Source: Eledone cirrhosa
Taxonomy: Eukaryota
Direction: 5' to 3'
DNA: 64,000 nucleotides
Assembly (NCBI GenBank): GCA_964016885.1
Contig: OZ024745.1
Location: 45,260,001 to 45,324,000, forward strand
Positions within the stretch are counted from its first letter, which is position 1; each line of letters opens with the position of its first letter. Position numbers and translations under genes: made by a program. Below are positions 57,232-64,000 of the stretch, piece by piece. The notes under the pieces are model-generated. The model was not told the DNA's origin and searched no databases. It worked only from the letters and a program-made list of their open reading frames with translations.

Positions 57232-57416
57232 GGGATCTAGGTCGGATCAGTTGAAGACTGTTGCTTGTGACAGGACCCACTAGAAGGAGTGTTTGAGGAC
57301 CCTGCTCTCACGACCCACTCAAAAATAAGTGGGTGAAGAATACGAAGAAGAATACGAAGAAGAATACGAAGAAGAAGAAGAAGAAGAAGAAGAAGAAGAA
57401 GAAGAAGAAGAAGAAC
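57232..57416 (+). mobile_element. RTE-like LINE 3' tip with (GAA)n tail
   Basis: ...KTVACDRTH*KECLRTL-like end followed by (GAAGAATAC)/(GAA)n. Confidence 0.45.
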
Positions 57417-57791
57417 TGAAATATTTGGTTGTTGATTTGGTTTTATGGTGTAATTGTACTTGTGTTGTAGATCTTGATTGTGTTGGGCTTGCATTCTTAA
57501 TGGAATTGGTTTGATCATGTTAATCTCTTCCTTGTGGGTAAATTATCACCAGAGAATTCAACTGCGTGGTAAACACTGCTACATAAGTATTTACTATAGG
57601 ATTTAAACATATATCTGTTAAAGCCAACACATTCCTACCGATCTAATCTGAGGCATAATACCACAACCTGTTCGATAAATAGTTAATAGCATGTTGAAAC
57701 ATTAGTATTATGTAATAAATACCAAGCAGAGATAAACATCCAAGAAAAATCATATAAAGCACACACTCACACACACGTGCGCACGCACGTA

Positions 57792-57823
<32 letters not shown>

Positions 57824-57917
57824 TACTCAAGCCCACACACATACACACACTCATATATATATGAATTTATATATATAAATCTGCAAATATATCGGTATAC
57901 GTAAAATGTTCATATAC

Positions 57918-58002
<85 letters not shown>

Positions 58003-58038
58003 CATATCTATGAATAAACACACACACACACACACACG

Positions 58039-58198
<160 letters not shown>

Positions 58199-58964
58199 AC
58201 AGCGGTGTATATCAAACAAACAAACCGTAAGACGTATATGCAGTAGAGCTGTCAACAGAGCAAATGAAAGGCAAAGAAAATAAATAGCTTTGCTAGCCAG
58301 GTCAGTAATTGCTGCGAGGAAATTGTGCATTTCCCAGTCAGAAGAATAGAGTAAGGAAAATGTTGCTGACATGACTGCTTTAATCATAGGAGCAGATATC
58401 GCTGATAAATGGACAGCGCTAAAAATATACCTCATTTGCTTATGTTTTTGTATTTTGCACAACAATTTAAAGACTTTCCTTTGAAAGAAAAATAGATTTT
58501 TTTGTGTATAGGCTAATGTGTTCGGGGTTGAATGCGGTGAACATTTATTTCTTTTTTATCAATAATATTTATTGTTATTGTTTCGTTGTGATCGCTGCAT
58601 ATTTTTTTTGTTTTTTGTTTATCAAGAAGATTGAACTTTTGTCGCATTGCGTGTGACATTATATCTTTAGGAATCACGTGGTGTGGTGATATAATTCGCT
58701 GGTAAATATGATTTTAATTATATTACATAGTCATATCCGTGTCGTTTGATAGTATATAACTAGGTATTACATTATATAATATATGGAATAATGCGTTATA
58801 CTCAGATATAGTTTACTTAAATACAAACTATATGAAGTGGATATACAGGTATCCATCGGTAATCCTATTTACTCACAATGAGGCAAATTGGGAGAGATGT
58901 TTTTCCCGCTTTCTGCACATTGGGTTAAAATCCCGCCTTTCATTCTTTCGGTTTCAATAAAATA

Positions 58965-59142
58965 ATAGTTTCTACTTTTGGCACAAGGCCAGCAATTATT
59001 CCAGTGTATTACTGGTGCTTTATTTTATTAACCCCGTAAGGAAGTTAACCTCGGCGGGATTTGAACTCAGACTATAAAGGGCCGTAACTCTTTGCTGTAA
59101 AACATGGCGTCAAACCCTCTACCGATACTGCCAATACACCGT
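58965..59142 (-). mobile_element. SINE (dominant family)
   Basis: Reverse complement of the family consensus. Confidence 0.75.
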
Positions 59143-59782
59143 CCACAGTCCGGTTTCAATAAAATAATGTATTAGTCCCGGGCGGTGGATATACAATTAT
59201 TAGTGCCTCGGACGAGATAGAATGATACTATACTGCAAACCTACATAACTAATGCCAGAATAGAAAAAAACAGACATCAATTCGATAAGGACCTGCTGGA
59301 TCAATGAGAAAAAGAACCCTGGGTTATAATTCATGATTTTCTTATTAGGTACATAACATTACGTTTGTAATAAACTTGATTCATTTCTGATATTGGCATT
59401 TACTTTTAATTTAGAGGGATATAAGATATAATTTGTTACTCAGTATTTCCATGTCAGGAGTGTAAAGAACTAGACAAGATACCATAAAGTATCTAGTTTG
59501 GAGTTCTATCCACTGAGGTGCGATGTTGATTGTCTTCACTCATCAACAGAGATTAAGATTTTTTTTACATAACTTTAAATGTAAAAACAATTCTCCAAAT
59601 TGGAAATTAATCTACAAATAACAGGATTTGTGAAGATGAGTAGTAATCAAGTATGAACGCTCTACTGAAGATATAGATACAACAATACATAAACGATTTA
59701 AGGAGTCACAATAAAACGAAATGGAATATTCCTGTTATCAGACATAACAATTATATATAGTGGCCCTTGTAATAACTGAGTA

Positions 59783-59958
59783 CAGTGAAATTCCGTTACA
59801 ACGAAATTCACGGGGTATAAAAAAATTCGTTGTAACCAAAAATTCTATATAAACGAGATCGATCTAACACATCGAGCGTGTGGCCGGGGATTGAAAAAAA
59901 AATTCCTGATACTGAAAAATTCGTTATAATGGTATTCGTTTCGACGGAATTTTACCTG
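59783..59958. mobile_element. Tc1/mariner (Tigger/pogo-like) MITE
   Basis: TA TSD; TIR CAGTGAAATTCCGTTACAACGAA vs TTCGTTTCGACGGAATTTTAcCTG. Confidence 0.7.
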
Positions 59959-60419
59959 TATATAGAAAAATCTTATTCTTCGGAATACAATTTGTGAATT
60001 TGTGTAGGTGTGAATCCTGTTACAAATACTGCACATTTGGTTGGGTAATAAATAGCTTGTTCACTCTAATTCACAGTTAAAAAAATTAAATATATAAGCA
60101 TGAGAATGTCAGTATATTGTTTATATACTTTCTATATGTTAGACTGATCTATTTTCCTATAATTTTACATGGTGGTGTCTGGAGGAAAGATTTGTGCCCT
60201 TGGCCGTGAAACCCTACCCCCCTCCCCCATGAATCTTATGCGTTGTATCGAAGTATGTATATATAATTAGCCGTGAAAAATGTAAAGGAAATCTCCTGTT
60301 TTATTGTGTACAAAGAGAATAACAGAATAATTTTCACATTATATGAAAAAAATCAAAACAAATCAAAACAAAAACAGAAATGTAGCAAAGCTTATCAGCT
60401 GTAGTTATACCGAGTTTTC

Positions 60420-60865
<446 letters not shown>

Positions 60866-61174
60866 ATATGTTTGTGCGTTTGATGGAGAGTGAGAGTGAG
60901 AGAGAGGCAGTGGTTAAAAATAGCAGACGATAAAGAGGTTATGAGAGGTGTATATGTCGGGGAAGTTCATATACTCTCCTCAGCGATACTTTTTCTCATA
61001 GTTTACAAATACATATGTAAGAAAAGATGGGGACACGTGTGGTATTCGGATGGGGATCTGTCATTCCACAGACGTGTATAAATGTCATTGTACTTCAAGA
61101 AAATTGTATATCAGGGCATGTTCATGAGGCACGTGTGTATTTATGAGATTGTCCATGGGTCTGAGTCAACTCCG

Positions 61175-64000
61175 TACTCTCACGCATACACACACACATA
61201 CTCTCACACATACACACACATATACTCTCACACATACACACACATATACTCTCACACATACACACACAAATACTCTCACACATACACACACATATACTCT
61301 CACACATACACACACATATACTCTCACACATGCACACATACATATACTCTCACACATACACACACATATACTCTCACACATACACACACATATATACTCT
61401 CACACATACACACACATATACTCTCACACATACACACACATATACTCTCACACATACACACACACATACTCTCACACATACACACACATATATACTCTCA
61501 CACATACACACACATATACTCTCACACATACACACACATATACTCTCACACATACACACACACATACACATACTCTCACACATACACACACACTCTCACA
61601 CATACACACACATATACTGGCACACATACACACATATACTCTCACACATACACACACATATACTCTCACACATACACACACATATACTCTCACAGATGCA
61701 CACACATATACTCTCACACATACACACACATATACTCTCACACATACACACACATGTACTCTCACACAAACACACACATATACTCTCACACATACAGACA
61801 CATACTCTCACACATACACACACATACATATACTCTCACACATACACACACATATACTCTCACACATACACACACATATACTCTCACACATACACACACA
61901 CACATACTCTCACACATACACACACATATACTCTCACACATACACACACATATACTCTCACACATACACACATATATACTCTCACACATACACATACATA
62001 TACTCTCACACATACACACACATATACTCTCACACATACATACACATATACTCTCACACATACACACACATATACTCTCACATACACACACACATATACT
62101 CTCACACATACACACACATATACTCTCACACATACACACACATATACTCTCACACATACACACACATATACTCTCAGACATACACACACATATACTCTCA
62201 CACATACAAACACATATACTCTCAAACATACACACACATATACTCTCACAGATACACACACATATACTCTCACATATACACACACATATATACTCTCACA
62301 CATACACACACATATACTCTCACACATACACACACATATACTCTCACACATACACACACATATACTCTCACATATACACACACATATACTCTCACACATA
62401 CACACACATATACTCTCACACATACACACACATGTACTCTCACACAAACACACACATATACTCTCACACATACACACACATACATATACTCTCACACATA
62501 CACACACATATACTCTCACACATACACACACATATACTCTCACACATACACACACATATACTCTCACACATACACACACATATACTCTCACACATACACA
62601 CACATATACTCTCACACATACACACATATATACTCTCACACATACACACACATATACTCTCACACATACACACACATATACCCTCACACATACACACACA
62701 TATACTCTCACACATACACACACATATACTCTCACAGATACACACACATATACTCTCACACATACACACACATATACTCTCACACATACACACACATGTA
62801 CTCTCACACATACACACACATATACTCTCACACATACACACACATACTCTCACACATACACACACATACATATACTCTCACACATACACACACATACTCT
62901 CACACATACACACACACATACACATACTCTCACACATACACACACATACTCTCACACATACACACACATATACTCTCACACATACACACACATATATTCT
63001 CACACATACACACACATATATACTCTCACACATACACACACATATACTCTCACACATACACACACATATACTCTCACAGATACACACACATATACTCTCA
63101 CACATACACACACATATACTCTCACACATACACACACATATACTCTCACACATACACACACATATACTCTCACACATACACACACATATACTCTCACACA
63201 TACACGCACATATACTCTCACACATACACACACATATACTCTCACACATACACACACATATACTCTCACACATACACGCACACACATATACTCTCACACA
63301 TACACACACATATACTCTCACACATACACACACATATACTCTCACACATACACACACATATACTCTCACACATACACACACATATACTCTCAGACATACA
63401 CACACATATACTCTCACATATACAAACACATATACTCTCACACATACACACACATATACTCTCACACATACACACACATATACTCTCACACATACACACA
63501 CATATACTCTCACACATACACACACATATACTCTCACACATACACACATATACTCTCACACATACACACACATATACTCTATCACATACACACACATATA
63601 CTCTCACACATACACACACATATACTCTCACCCATACACACACATATACTCTCACACATACACACACATATACTCTCACACATACACGCACATATACTCT
63701 CACACATACACATACATATACTCTCACACATACACACACATACTCTCACACATAGCACACACATATACTCTCACACATACACACACATATACTCTCACAC
63801 ATACACACACATATACTCTCACACATACACACACATATACTCTCACACATACACACACATATACTCTCACACATACACGCACATATACTCTCACACATAC
63901 ACACATATACTCTCACACATACACACACATATACTCTCACACATACACACACATACTCTCACACATACGCACACATACTCTCACACATACACACACATAT
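61175..64000. repeat. ~24-bp tandem satellite (TACTCTCACACATACACACACATA)n, runs off the window
   Basis: More than 100 units with +/-2-nt CA/TA slippage variants. Confidence 0.95.

Noticed and set aside
61143-63755. 870-aa ORF as a His-rich protein gene
   Set aside because: It lies entirely in a 24-bp satellite; the reading phase of the unit shifts freely through 2-nt slips, so there is no coding constraint.

Overview
Very AT-rich, microsatellite-saturated eukaryotic non-coding DNA. The SINE, LINE and (TA)n landscape suggests an Octopus/coleoid cephalopod genome (inference). I found no credible host protein-coding exon; almost every ORF in the supplied track is a microsatellite or satellite artefact. 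The window holds a 5'-truncated, pseudogenised Penelope-like element (PLE; RT with YRDD, CxCx5C linker, GIY-YIG, Naiad-like) at ~9.8-13.9 kb with inverted pseudo-LTRs, remnants of RTE, R4/Dong and CRE-like LINEs, a mariner remnant, two MITEs, more than 25 SINE copies and a 24-bp satellite. The most striking signal is a set of at least six sequence-unrelated element families (including the PLE), inserted in (TA)n or (GA)n runs, that share one architecture: a hammerhead ribozyme (HHR, type I, PLE-type) or its 3' half, duplicated as a fold-back inverted repeat, with a 75-100 nt unpaired tail on one arm only. In five families the tail begins 2-6 nt before an RCTC...(G/A)AGYNC motif. Copy-specific mutations are mirrored in both arms and fold-back points differ between copies, which suggests the hairpin is re-made at each insertion. 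All structures were read by eye; no folding, alignment or database search was run, and coordinates may be off by a few bases.
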